Under the pieces are notes generated by a model. That model did not search any database, was not told the origin of the DNA, and saw only the letters and a program-made list of their open reading frames with translations. Position numbers and translations under genes: made by a program. 64,000 bases of DNA from an uncultured Clostridia bacterium (GTDB taxonomy: Bacteria > Bacillota > Clostridia > Christensenellales > CAG-917): positions 420,632 through 484,631 of the forward strand of contig CASECZ010000002.1 of NCBI GenBank assembly GCA_949286725.1, read 5' to 3'. Of this stretch, positions 46,071 through 56,002 are shown in pieces. Within the stretch, counting starts at the first letter, position 1, and the number at the start of each line of letters is the position of its first letter.

Positions 46071-47262
46071 AAAGAGCGAAAGAGAGCCGTTGTTCCGCAT
46101 AGTCAAGCGCGACAATCTGCCCAAGTGGCAGGCTTGGATTATACGCATTGTTGCCGTGTTCGTAGCGCTCGGCATAAGTGCGGCGGTCAGCGCTATTCTT
46201 ACCGACGGGGCAAGCGTAGGACAATTCTTCAAAGGATTGTTCGAAGGCGTTTTCAGTACGAAGAACACCATCCTCAAATTCTTCCAGAATACGGCGATTA
46301 TGCTCATCATCGCGCTCGCGCTCGCGCCTGCGTTCAAAATGAAGTTCTGGAATATCGGCGCCGAAGGGCAGGTGCTTGTCGGCGGACTTGCGTGTATCGT
46401 TTGCATCAAGTCCTTCGGACCTTCCCTCAACAACTGGGCGCTGCTCATAATAATGCTTGCTTTGAGCATCGGGTTCAGCGTCGTGTGGGCTGTCATACCC
46501 GCTATTTTCAAGGCAAAATGGAAGACCAACGAAACTCTGTTCACGCTGATGATGAACTACGTTGCTATGCAACTCGTCGCGGTCTGCATTTACCTATGGG
46601 TTCCCAACGGCTCGGCGGTGCTCGGAACTTTGCCTTATGGACACCTGCCTAAACTCGGTGGCGTAAATTATATTTTCAACATCATAATCGTGGCCGCCAT
46701 AATGGTGCTGATATTCATATACTTCCGTTTCAGCAAGCACGGTTACGAACTGTCCGTCGTCGGCGAGAGCGAAAATACCGCGAAATACGTCGGTATCAAC
46801 GTCAAGAAAGTCATCATCCGCACAATGATACTTTCGGGCGTGCTGTGTGGCGTTGCGGGTTGGCTGCTGGTCGCAGGCACCGACCACTCCCTTACGACCA
46901 ATACCGTCGACAGCAGGGGATTTACGGCAATCCTCGTCGCGTGGCTCGGAAAGTTCAATCCGTTCTTTATGGGTTTCACTTCTATGCTTTACGTGTTCAT
47001 AGATCAGGGCGCCGCGCGTCTTGCAAGCAACTACGGAATGGGAGATTCGTTCTCGGACATCATCACGGGTATATTCTTCTTCTTCGTCATAGGGTGCGAG
47101 TTCTTCATCAACTATAAGATAAAGTTCCGCTCCTTCGGAAAACACCGCGGCACAGTATCACCCGAACCCGAAACGACGGTTGAGGGTGAAATTTCCGCCG
47201 ACGCCTTTGCAGACGATGAAGCGGTTCCCGCCGTCAACGTCACAGAGGAGGTAAATGCGTAA
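46060..47262 (+). CDS. ABC transporter permease (BMP-type system, first permease)
   Basis: Polytopic, 400 aa. The start overlaps the ATPase stop. Confidence 0.85.
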   Translation: MLNRKSEREPLFRIVKRDNLPKWQAWIIRIVAVFVALGISAAVSAILTDGASVGQFFKGLFEGVFSTKNTILKFFQNTAIMLIIALALAPAFKMKFWNIGAEGQVLVGGLACIVCIKSFGPSLNNWALLIIMLALSIGFSVVWAVIPAIFKAKWKTNETLFTLMMNYVAMQLVAVCIYLWVPNGSAVLGTLPYGHLPKLGGVNYIFNIIIVAAIMVLIFIYFRFSKHGYELSVVGESENTAKYVGINVKKVIIRTMILSGVLCGVAGWLLVAGTDHSLTTNTVDSRGFTAILVAWLGKFNPFFMGFTSMLYVFIDQGAARLASNYGMGDSFSDIITGIFFFFVIGCEFFINYKIKFRSFGKHRGTVSPEPETTVEGEISADAFADDEAVPAVNVTEEVNA

Positions 47263-48218
47263 TGTTTCTGACCTTCCTTCAAAGTTCCATTCGTTTCAGT
47301 GCCATATTCCTGTTCGGCTCTGTAGGCGAAACCCTGACGGAAAAGTCCGGTAACCTCAACCTCGGCATTCCCGGCATTATGTGTATGGGCGCCGCAGGCG
47401 GCATAATCGGCGAGGCGGCCTATATCAAATCCCTTTCCGACCTAAGCGAGATGACGGGAGCCGGAGCTACATTATCGGCAATTCTTATGGCTATGTTGTT
47501 CGCAGCGATAGGCGGTTTGATTTATTGTTTCCTTACAACGTCGCTCCGTTGCAATCAGAACGTCACGGGTCTTGCCCTTACCACTTTCGGCGTGGGCATA
47601 CTCAGTTTCTTCGGCGGTCGTGCAACCACGACGGGTTTCAGCGCGGCAAGTCTTTACTTCAAACAAACGTTCTCGTTTGCGCAGGACCTTGGATGGTTCA
47701 GTCAACTGTTCTTCTCTTATGGTTCGTTGGTCTACATTGCGTTTTTCATAGCGATTATTGCGGCAATAGTACTGAAAAAGACGCGCATTGGTCTTAACCT
47801 GCGCGCCGTCGGCGAAAATCCCGCCACTGCGGACGCTGCGGGTATCTCCGTCACCAATTACAAGTACGCTGCAACGCTCATAGGCAGTATGATTGCGGGT
47901 CTCGGCGGTCTGTTCTACATTATGGATTACCTCGGCGGCAGTGTAGAATATTCCATTGACAAGTTCGGATGGATGGCGGTCGCGCTCGTCATATTCACCG
48001 TGTGGCGTCCCAACTGGGCAATCCTCGGTTCCATTCTGTTCAGTATGCTGTATCTGTTGCCGAACTATATCTCGGTGTCGTTCGCGCAAAAGGAAATCAT
48101 CAAAATGGTGCCGTATCTCGTCACGATTATAGTTCTTGTTCTGACCAGCATTTTGAGCCGCAGGGAAAGCCAGCCGCCCGCGTCGCTCGGCGTCACGTAT
48201 TTCCGAGAAGAACGATAG
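47262..48218 (+). CDS. ABC transporter permease (BMP-type system, second permease)
   Basis: Polytopic, 318 aa. TAATG overlap with the upstream gene. Terminator at 48236-48262. Confidence 0.85.
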   Translation: MFLTFLQSSIRFSAIFLFGSVGETLTEKSGNLNLGIPGIMCMGAAGGIIGEAAYIKSLSDLSEMTGAGATLSAILMAMLFAAIGGLIYCFLTTSLRCNQNVTGLALTTFGVGILSFFGGRATTTGFSAASLYFKQTFSFAQDLGWFSQLFFSYGSLVYIAFFIAIIAAIVLKKTRIGLNLRAVGENPATADAAGISVTNYKYAATLIGSMIAGLGGLFYIMDYLGGSVEYSIDKFGWMAVALVIFTVWRPNWAILGSILFSMLYLLPNYISVSFAQKEIIKMVPYLVTIIVLVLTSILSRRESQPPASLGVTYFREER

Positions 48219-48235
48219 CGATTAAGAACGAAAAC

Positions 48236-48262
48236 AAAAGGCACGCCCCCGCGTGCCTTTTT
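48236..48262 (+). terminator. rho-independent terminator
   Basis: GGCACGC-CCCC-GCGTGCC plus TTTTT. Confidence 0.8.
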
Positions 48263-48288
48263 CGTATGTATTCCTTATTTATGTTCGC

Positions 48289-48299
48289 AGTACCGTTAA
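48289..48299. repeat. left copy of an 11-bp inverted repeat (AGTACCGTTAA) bracketing the low-GC block
   Basis: Its reverse complement TTAACGGTACT occurs at 59351-59361. Confidence 0.4.
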
Positions 48300-48383
48300 T
48301 ATCGAAGTCGGATTTGGAAAATGTATTGTAACCACAGTCAATTTATGATAATATAAAGGCAAAATAAAAGAGGGTTTGTCTGT

Positions 48384-49385
48384 ATGCGTGCGACATTGAA
48401 GTTTTTGAGTGAAAAGAGCGGTTTGTCCATTACCGCCATTTCTCTTATTCTGAACGATAAGCCTGTACGCGTTGCCCCCGAAAAGAAAAAACTGGTAAAA
48501 GAGCTTGCGGCAAAATACAACTATAAACCCAATATGACTGCGGTTGCCTTGGTAACAAGGAAAACAAAAACCATAGGACTGATTTTGCCTGATATCGTGA
48601 ATCCGTTTTTTGCCGTTGTCGCCAGTGAAATCGACAAAAAGTTTCACGACGCAGGATACAATATCATCTTGTGCAATACAAACAGCGATACGTCGCTCGA
48701 AAACCAATACGTGGAGATGCTGGACGAAAAGCGCGTGGAAGCTCTTGTGATTTGTGCGTCGGACGAAAGAAAACCGTGCGATTTGAGCGGATTTTACGAG
48801 CAGGGTATACCTGTTATATTTTTTGACAGATATTACGAAGATTCAAAACTGGTTGTTTCTATTGACAATGCCGAAGGTGCGAGGCAAGCCGTAAAATATC
48901 TTATCGATAACGGACACAGAAATATTGCAATGATTACCGGTCCGTTGAATTACCGTTCGGCGCAAGCACGACTTGACGGTTACAAATGTGCGTTTGAAAA
49001 CTCCGGCATAGAGATAAACGACAACCACATCGTGGTCGGCGACTATACGTTTGCGGGTGGAAAGGCAGCCGCCGAAAAAATATTGAAGTATAAAGAGGTC
49101 AGTGCGATTTTCGCAAGCAACGACCTTATGGCATACGGCGTTATCAAAGAACTTTCCGACAAGGGGAAGAAAATCCCCGACGACATTTCTGTTGTCGGTT
49201 TTGACGATTTGAATTTTTCGCAGATGCTTCGAACTCCGTTGACGTCCGTAAAGCAAAATCTCAAAGAACTCGCCGAAAGCGTGTTCGAGTTGACAATGAA
49301 GGCAATGAGCGGTCATATTGCGCCTGTGCATAAAGTCATAAAAACAAGACTTGTCGAAAGAGAAAGCGTGAAAAATCTGTCCTGA
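48384..49385 (+). CDS. LacI-family transcriptional repressor
   Basis: N-terminal HTH (..TLKFLSEKSGLSITAISLILND..) plus a periplasmic-binding-protein-like effector domain. Confidence 0.9.
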   Translation: MRATLKFLSEKSGLSITAISLILNDKPVRVAPEKKKLVKELAAKYNYKPNMTAVALVTRKTKTIGLILPDIVNPFFAVVASEIDKKFHDAGYNIILCNTNSDTSLENQYVEMLDEKRVEALVICASDERKPCDLSGFYEQGIPVIFFDRYYEDSKLVVSIDNAEGARQAVKYLIDNGHRNIAMITGPLNYRSAQARLDGYKCAFENSGIEINDNHIVVGDYTFAGGKAAAEKILKYKEVSAIFASNDLMAYGVIKELSDKGKKIPDDISVVGFDDLNFSQMLRTPLTSVKQNLKELAESVFELTMKAMSGHIAPVHKVIKTRLVERESVKNLS

Positions 49386-49487
49386 ACCTCGGTATATACT
49401 TTCCAAACGCACGATTGCAGGGCGGCAATCGGTCTGAAAGCGAGTGCTTTGTATGTCGTTTATTTTCCGTTAATTCGATTTTGGGTA

Positions 49488-49516
49488 TTGACAAACTTAT
49501 GGCGGCATTTTATAAT
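49488..49516 (+). promoter_or_regulatory. promoter (TTGACA-17-TATAAT) of the PHP-hydrolase/ABC/ribokinase operon
   Basis: TTGACA at 49488-93 and TATAAT at 49511-16. Confidence 0.65.
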
Positions 49517-49521
49517 GAACC

Positions 49522-49541
49522 CAGATAAAACCTTTTATCAG
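49522..49541. promoter_or_regulatory. LacI-type operator O1 (imperfect palindrome CAGATAAAAC|CTTTTATCAG)
   Basis: 8 of 10 half-site symmetry. It starts 6 nt after the -10 box. Confidence 0.55.
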
Positions 49542-49586
49542 TTCAAAAATTTGCACGAGATGATGGCTTTATTATTTTTTTTGGGC

Positions 49587-49604
49587 TGATAAAACGTTTT
49601 ATCA
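49587..49604. promoter_or_regulatory. LacI-type operator O2 (perfect 18-bp palindrome TGATAAAACGTTTTATCA)
   Basis: Perfect dyad with a central CG, as in LacI/CcpA-type sites. It lies about 30 nt before the start codon. The centre-to-centre distance to O1 is 64 bp. Confidence 0.65.
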
Positions 49605-49634
49605 AAAGATTTATGTTAAGGGGGTACGAAAGAG

Positions 49635-51095
49635 TTGAAAAAGTCAAAGTTTTTCATTTTTGTCGTAGTTCTCGTGTTGCTGTGTTCTCTGTCTTTTGCG
49701 CTTGTCGCTTGTAACGGAAACGAAAACGAAGTCGCACCGGACAGCGACACCGATAAACAGGAAAAACCTCAATATACCGCGTCGGTCGCTTATACGGGCA
49801 GTGGTATAGAAATTATGCCCGGCAAGGACCGTCCCGTGTATACGGCCACAGTTCGCGGCGTGGTTGTCGACGAGGATACGGGCGAACCTTTGATTTCTCA
49901 GTTGAAAATCTGGGATAAGACGGAAAACCTCGTTTATCGTACGGTCACGGACTATCTGGGGCGTTACGAACTGGTTTTGCCGGACGGCAACTACGACATC
50001 GAATTCAGTCACGGCAGCGAATACGAAATCGAAACGCTGTCCGATTACAGCGTTTACACAAACGGTTATTTCAAAATGCCCGATATTTCTTTGAAAAGAC
50101 TTTATTCGCTGGGGAACTGGTACGCGGGCGATATTCATCAACACAGCACATACAGCGACGGCACGGATTTGCCTAGTGAAGTGCTTAAATCCAATATTGC
50201 CGTCGGACTGTCCTACGGCATTCTTTCGGACCACAACAGCGTGTATCAGGTTAAGGAATGGCTTGCCGGAAATAATTTCTATATCGGAGGCGGGAAGAAT
50301 TTCATTGCAATGCAAGGTTGGGAGGTAACAACGTCGAGAGGACATTATCAGGCTATAAATTGCAGCGAAATTTTCAATGCCACCGCATATTCGTCCAGCG
50401 ACATTCTGCGAATAGTCAACGATATACGTTTGCAGCCCGACACCATCGCTCAGATAAATCACCCCGGACGCAGCGACGATATGGGCTTCAAGGATTGGAA
50501 TCTTGCGGGACGTTTCGACACAATCGAGGTTTGGAACGGCGTGTATGCTCCTCCTTCTCTCAGCGGTACAAACAAAAACAGTTATGCGAAATGGGTTGAA
50601 CTTATGAACAAGGGCACGCGACTTGCCATTGTCGGAGGAACTGACAATCATAACATTTACGGCACGCCCTATGCACCCGACGGAAACGACCTCGATTGGA
50701 TAAAGCGAAATACTTATTCCGGCAGCCCGAGAACGTATGTGTTCACCGACGAATATTCGTCGGACGGCGTATTGAATGCCATTAAGCAGGGTAATTCGTT
50801 CATAACCAACGGTCCGTTGGTGTTTGCCGACATCGCAGGCAAAAAATACGGTGAAACCGTAGCGCTGGACGACAGTATGGTGCTCAATTTCGACCTCAAA
50901 TCCAACGAAGAACTCAGACAGTTGAAGATATTCGTCAACGGCGCGCTTGTCGAGACCATAGACATCGCGGACGGCACGTTGACTTATCAGGGTACGTTCA
51001 AGCTGGAAAATCTGAAATCGGGTGATTGGGTCAATTTGCAACTGTCGGGGGATTTCGGAGGATTTGCAGTGACAAACCCCATTTTTATCGGTTGA
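49635..51095 (+). CDS. surface lipoprotein: carboxypeptidase-regulatory-like domain plus PHP-type (CehA/McbA-family) metallohydrolase
   Basis: TTG start. Lipobox LVAC|NGN. PHP metal motifs GDIHQHSTYSDG, SDHN, INHPGR, GGTDNHN. Confidence 0.8.
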   Translation: MKKSKFFIFVVVLVLLCSLSFALVACNGNENEVAPDSDTDKQEKPQYTASVAYTGSGIEIMPGKDRPVYTATVRGVVVDEDTGEPLISQLKIWDKTENLVYRTVTDYLGRYELVLPDGNYDIEFSHGSEYEIETLSDYSVYTNGYFKMPDISLKRLYSLGNWYAGDIHQHSTYSDGTDLPSEVLKSNIAVGLSYGILSDHNSVYQVKEWLAGNNFYIGGGKNFIAMQGWEVTTSRGHYQAINCSEIFNATAYSSSDILRIVNDIRLQPDTIAQINHPGRSDDMGFKDWNLAGRFDTIEVWNGVYAPPSLSGTNKNSYAKWVELMNKGTRLAIVGGTDNHNIYGTPYAPDGNDLDWIKRNTYSGSPRTYVFTDEYSSDGVLNAIKQGNSFITNGPLVFADIAGKKYGETVALDDSMVLNFDLKSNEELRQLKIFVNGALVETIDIADGTLTYQGTFKLENLKSGDWVNLQLSGDFGGFAVTNPIFIG

Positions 51096-51134
51096 ACAAA
51101 ATGTAATGAAAATTACATAAAACGGAGGTAAATT

Positions 51135-52022
51135 ATGAAAAAATTTGCAATTTTACTGATTGTGATTATGGTTGTCGCCGGTGTGCTCGTGGCTTGCAAC
51201 GACAGCGGTTCCGCAAGCAACGACAACACTCCCAAAGCCGATATCGTAGTCAACAATATCAAAACGCTGAATGCGGGAATTACGGCGGTTTATCAGAATG
51301 AAGACGGAGAATTCATCGCGACGCACCGTTCGAAATTCAAGGTCGTGGACGATGACTTTACGGTAAACGAACTCGTTCAGTTATTCTTCGATAAGTCCTA
51401 CGGCGTGACCGCACTCGACGCAGACGGGAACGGCTCCATCGACCAGCTCACTCTTTCATACGGCAATTGGCCCGATATTACCGACATTACTTTGCCCAAT
51501 ACCGACGAGATGCAGTGGGTTATACGTGACAGTTCTTATAAGATTGTTGCCGATACCACAGCTTCGGTTGTCGACAATGCGGAGTATTACTACAGCTACG
51601 AAAAGATTGACAATCCCGTTCCTTTTACGGCAGCCGACCTTTCGCAGATTGCCGATGCCGACAATAAACCCAATTTTTACATCAACAACGTCAGCACAAA
51701 AACCGTAAAACTTGTCCTCACCGCACAAAAAGCCGACAAATCCGTTGAAACTATGTTTGACGGGACGCTTCAGATTACCGATGACGATTTGACCTTCGAA
51801 GAAGTCATCAAAGCGGCTTGCGATGCAAGAGGAATTCTTTACAGTATCAGTGCCGGCTTTGTCAATTCTATCGGCGTGTACGCAAACGATATGACCGTGT
51901 CTGCCTGGTGGACGGGTGGATTTACGGTCGACGGTGTCGAATACGGCAACTATTCCGGCATTCACGTGATTCCGGTCGGTGACGGCGCCGAACTTTATAT
52001 GAGTTACAGATACAACGCGTAA
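51135..52022 (+). CDS. lipoprotein with two DUF4430-like (transcobalamin beta-domain-like) repeats
   Basis: Lipobox LVAC|NDS. Both halves follow the DUF4430 pattern (..TV.ELV......G........G.V.SI.G......W...V.G.......DG......Y). Assigned by eye only. Confidence 0.55.
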   Translation: MKKFAILLIVIMVVAGVLVACNDSGSASNDNTPKADIVVNNIKTLNAGITAVYQNEDGEFIATHRSKFKVVDDDFTVNELVQLFFDKSYGVTALDADGNGSIDQLTLSYGNWPDITDITLPNTDEMQWVIRDSSYKIVADTTASVVDNAEYYYSYEKIDNPVPFTAADLSQIADADNKPNFYINNVSTKTVKLVLTAQKADKSVETMFDGTLQITDDDLTFEEVIKAACDARGILYSISAGFVNSIGVYANDMTVSAWWTGGFTVDGVEYGNYSGIHVIPVGDGAELYMSYRYNA

Positions 52023-52110
52023 GCGGTATGTAACCGATAAACCGATATCGGTTTGAGCAGTCGCATCCGCCGCGAGTTCGTTGCGGATGCGGTTGCAACG
52101 GAGACTGACT

Positions 52111-53274
52111 ATGAAAAAATCAAAATTTATTTCGATTATACTGGTGCTGTGCGTGATAGTTTCGTGCGTTTTTGCACTGACTGCGTGCCTTGACAGTGAC
52201 GACGGCGGCGAATTCGACCCCGAAACCGCCAGAATTGCGTTGTTGGTAAACGGTACCCTCGGGGATAAGTCGTTTTTCGATTCGGCGAACGAGGGACTTC
52301 AAAAAATCAAAGCCGCTTATCCCAACACAACCGTCAAAGCCATCGAAATGGGCACGGACAGCACAAAATTCCGCAATTTTGTGGATGACGCTTGCGAAGA
52401 GTACGATATCATAATTATGGGTACTTGGCAGATGTATAACCATATGGCGTATGCAACCGTCGAATATCCCGACAAGAAATTTATTCTCTTCGATTACGCA
52501 GGCGACTTTTCCGACGGTAAGGGCGCAAATAACCTTTACTCGATAGAATTCAAACAGAATCAGGTCGCATTCCTCGGCGGAGTGCTTGCGGCACAGATTG
52601 CCAACGACCCGAGCCTTCCTCTGTCGAACGGGAGCAAACAGCTTGGTTTCATAGGTGGGGCGGACTCTCCGATTATCAAGGATTTTCTTGTCGGATTTAT
52701 CGAAGGTGTGCATTATGCGGACCCCAATTTCGATGCATCGAAACCCGCAAACGACCCTGCCAATGCAAACAAGATAACCGTTCAGAGCAGCTTTATCGGC
52801 ACCTTCCTTGACCCGACGCGTGCAAAGGACCAGGCGAATATCCTTTACGACAGGGGTTGTGACCTCGTTTTTGCGGCGGCTTCTCAGGCAGGACTCGGAG
52901 CGCTGGACGCGGCAGTCGATAACAATAAATATTATCTCGCCTGCGACTCGGACCAAATCAGACTTTTTGCCGACCAGCCCGCAAAACAACGTTATATTGT
53001 CGGCAGTGTTTTGAAAAAAGTCGACGTTGCTCTTTTCCGTGCTTTCGAAAAAATCGTGAACGACGAAATGCAGTGGGGCACCAACGAAAGAGTGGGCTTC
53101 GATGAGGATTGTATAGGATTTATCGGCTACAACAGCGACATTCCTCAGAATATGATTGATTTTGTCGAAGAGACGGAAGCAAAACTCAGAGCGGGGCAAA
53201 TCACCGTTACCACCGCAATCGGAAGCGGTGCGGAGATGTCCATTGTGGACGGCATTATAGCTGCGGCAAAATAG
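52111..53274 (+). CDS. BMP-family ABC substrate-binding lipoprotein
   Basis: Lipobox LTAC|LDS and BMP-like sequence (..IGFIGGADSPIIKDF..GF..G). Confidence 0.85.
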   Translation: MKKSKFISIILVLCVIVSCVFALTACLDSDDGGEFDPETARIALLVNGTLGDKSFFDSANEGLQKIKAAYPNTTVKAIEMGTDSTKFRNFVDDACEEYDIIIMGTWQMYNHMAYATVEYPDKKFILFDYAGDFSDGKGANNLYSIEFKQNQVAFLGGVLAAQIANDPSLPLSNGSKQLGFIGGADSPIIKDFLVGFIEGVHYADPNFDASKPANDPANANKITVQSSFIGTFLDPTRAKDQANILYDRGCDLVFAAASQAGLGALDAAVDNNKYYLACDSDQIRLFADQPAKQRYIVGSVLKKVDVALFRAFEKIVNDEMQWGTNERVGFDEDCIGFIGYNSDIPQNMIDFVEETEAKLRAGQITVTTAIGSGAEMSIVDGIIAAAK

Positions 53275-53331
53275 AACGAATCAATCCGACGGTGCTGTGT
53301 CCGTGCGGCACGGCACCGTCAAGGAGCTTAT

Positions 53332-54867
53332 ATGGACAACGTCTTGCAACTGGTCGGAATCGGGAGGGTTTACGGCAACGGTATTGTTGCCAACCACGAC
53401 ATAAACCTGGAAGTTCGCAGAGGAGAAATCCACGCAATCGTCGGGGAGAACGGTGCCGGAAAGTCAACGTTGATGAAGATAATTTACGGAATGGAAAAGC
53501 CCAATTCCGGACAGATGTTCGTCAACGGACAGGAAGTGAAGTTTTCTTCTTCTATGGACGCCATCAAAATGAATATCGGTATGGTGCACCAGCACTTTAT
53601 GCTCGTCAATTCGCTGACGGTCGGCGAGAATCTCATTTTGAATATGCCGAAGCGTTTTTTCATCAACAAACGCAAAATCGCGAAACTGACGGAGGAACTG
53701 TGCCAAACGTACGGTTTCAATCTGGACGGAAACGCCGTGGTAAGGGATTTGTCCGTAGGAAATCAACAGCAACTCGAAATACTCAAAGCGCTGTACAGGG
53801 GTGCTCAGATTCTGATACTTGACGAACCCACGGCGGTTTTGACGCCCCAGGAAACGGAAAAACTGTTCGAACAGCTCAAACGCTTGAAAGAGTCGGGACA
53901 TACGATTTTGTTCATCTCACACAAACTCAACGAGATTATCGGCATTTCAGACAGGATTTCCATACTTCGTCAAGGAACGATAGTGGACACTTTCGATACG
54001 TCCGACGTTGACGTAACTCAATTGTCGAATCTGATAGTAGGCAAAGAATTCTGTGAAAAAATCGACAAGCCGGAAATCGAACGCGGTGACGTCGTTCTTG
54101 AAATCGAAGGGTTGTCATATGTGAATTCTTTGAAGAAAAAATTGCTCGACGATATCAGTTTTACGGTTTCGCAAGGTGAAATCGTCGGTATTTGCGGCGT
54201 TGAGGGTAACGGGCAGCGGGAGCTGATACAGTCGGTAGCCGGCAGTATAAAGAATTTTACGGGAAAAATAGAAATCGATAATAACCCCGTCAAAGGAATT
54301 CAGCGCAAAAAGTTGCGTGAAATGGGCGTCGTTCACGTACCCGAAGACAGAATTGCTGAAGGGCTGAGCAAGGATTCGTCCATAGCGGACAATCTTATAT
54401 CCACTTTGTATATCAACGGTAAGTTCGTGAAACACAAATTTTTCCTTGACCGCAAAGCCATCAGGGAATTTTCGGACGAACAGATAGCGAAATACGAAAT
54501 AAAAGCCAACGATTGCGACGATGTGGTGGGAATGTTGTCGGGTGGCAATATGCAGAAGGTGGTCGTGGCAAGAGAATTCGAGGACGCTCCCAAACTGGCA
54601 ATTGTCGACCAGCCCACACGAGGCGTAGACATAGGCGCGTCAAAAATAATCCGCGACAAAATCGTCGAGTTGCGCAACAACGGGTGTGCCGTTTTGCTCA
54701 ACTCGGCGGATTTGTCGGAACTGTTGAGTATCAGCGACAGAATACTGGTCTTTTACAGCGGCAAAATCGTTGCCGATTTTAACAGACCTAAAGAAATAAA
54801 CGAGGAAACGCTGGGCAGATATATGCTTGGGTTGGACAATATGTTCGGCGATAAAGACGATGAATAA
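53332..54867 (+). CDS. double-NBD ABC transporter ATP-binding protein (intact)
   Basis: Walker A GENGAGKST and GVEGNGQRE. Signatures LSVGNQQ and LSGGNMQK. 511 aa. Confidence 0.9.
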   Translation: MDNVLQLVGIGRVYGNGIVANHDINLEVRRGEIHAIVGENGAGKSTLMKIIYGMEKPNSGQMFVNGQEVKFSSSMDAIKMNIGMVHQHFMLVNSLTVGENLILNMPKRFFINKRKIAKLTEELCQTYGFNLDGNAVVRDLSVGNQQQLEILKALYRGAQILILDEPTAVLTPQETEKLFEQLKRLKESGHTILFISHKLNEIIGISDRISILRQGTIVDTFDTSDVDVTQLSNLIVGKEFCEKIDKPEIERGDVVLEIEGLSYVNSLKKKLLDDISFTVSQGEIVGICGVEGNGQRELIQSVAGSIKNFTGKIEIDNNPVKGIQRKKLREMGVVHVPEDRIAEGLSKDSSIADNLISTLYINGKFVKHKFFLDRKAIREFSDEQIAKYEIKANDCDDVVGMLSGGNMQKVVVAREFEDAPKLAIVDQPTRGVDIGASKIIRDKIVELRNNGCAVLLNSADLSELLSISDRILVFYSGKIVADFNRPKEINEETLGRYMLGLDNMFGDKDDE

Positions 54868-56002
54868 AATTGATATCAAGAGTGCATTTTCCAATGCATA
54901 CCAAAAATTCAAAACAAAACGTGACGCCAGAAGTATGTCCAAAAAGGTCGAGTCGATAAAGATTCAGACCGAATTGCTCCGTACCGCCGTAGCCATCGTA
55001 GCGGCTTTCTGCGTGGCGCTCATCATCATTCTTTGCGTAAGCGACCAGCCGATGGAAGCGTTTGAATATCTGGTTCTCGGACCGCTTATGAAACCGAGAT
55101 ATTTCAATCAGGTACTTGTGCAGATGGTTCCCATTGCGCTGACGGGGCTGGCTCTTGCGCTAATGCTGAAAGCGGGGCAATTCAATCTTGCCACGGAAGG
55201 CGCGTTCATACTCGGAGGGGTTTTTGCCGCGTTGGTTGCTATAAGAGTGGCTCTCCCTCTCGGCATACATCCCATTCTTGCCATTGTCTTCGGCATAATC
55301 GGCGGTGTGATTATATGCGTTATACCCGCAATTTTGAAAATATCTTTCAAAATATCCGAAATGGTGGTTTCGCTTATGATGAATTACATTGCACTGCGAA
55401 TAGGCAATGTAATCATAAGAGGCGCGCTGTTGGACGAAACCGCGGGAATACTTACGACCAAGGAATTTCTCGATTCCGCAAAGATGTCGGTAATACCCGT
55501 CGGCGAACTCGAAATACAGGTTGCGCTTGTCATTATGATAATCGTCGTCGTCGGTTTCTATATTTATCTAAGCAAAACGAGAAACGGATACGCGTTGCAA
55601 TTGAGCGGGTTGAACGGACGCTTCCTTGCCTTTTCGGGTATAGGCGTGAGCGGCTTGGTGTTGACGTCGCAAATTATGGGCGGTGCGGTCGCAGGCGGTG
55701 CGGGCGCTATGTATACGCTCAGCAACCTCGAAAGGTACGACCTGGTGAATACTTTTCCGAACAAGGGCTTCGACGGAATGATAGTGACAATCCTTGCCCG
55801 CAACAATCCCTTGCTTGTTCCGGTTGCGGCATTCTTTATCGCCTATGTGAGAGAAGGGGCGGAAATAATGTCGAGGCATACCGACGTTTCGGTCGAAATT
55901 ATGTCCATAATTCAGGGCATAATCATCATTCTGGTCGCAGGACAGGCCCTGTTCTCCAATATGCAGAACAAACGCATTATAAAGGAGGTCGCAAATGGAT
56001 GA
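54860..56002 (+). CDS. ABC transporter permease
   Basis: Polytopic. The start overlaps the ATPase stop. Confidence 0.85.
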   Translation: MNKIDIKSAFSNAYQKFKTKRDARSMSKKVESIKIQTELLRTAVAIVAAFCVALIIILCVSDQPMEAFEYLVLGPLMKPRYFNQVLVQMVPIALTGLALALMLKAGQFNLATEGAFILGGVFAALVAIRVALPLGIHPILAIVFGIIGGVIICVIPAILKISFKISEMVVSLMMNYIALRIGNVIIRGALLDETAGILTTKEFLDSAKMSVIPVGELEIQVALVIMIIVVVGFYIYLSKTRNGYALQLSGLNGRFLAFSGIGVSGLVLTSQIMGGAVAGGAGAMYTLSNLERYDLVNTFPNKGFDGMIVTILARNNPLLVPVAAFFIAYVREGAEIMSRHTDVSVEIMSIIQGIIIILVAGQALFSNMQNKRIIKEVANG

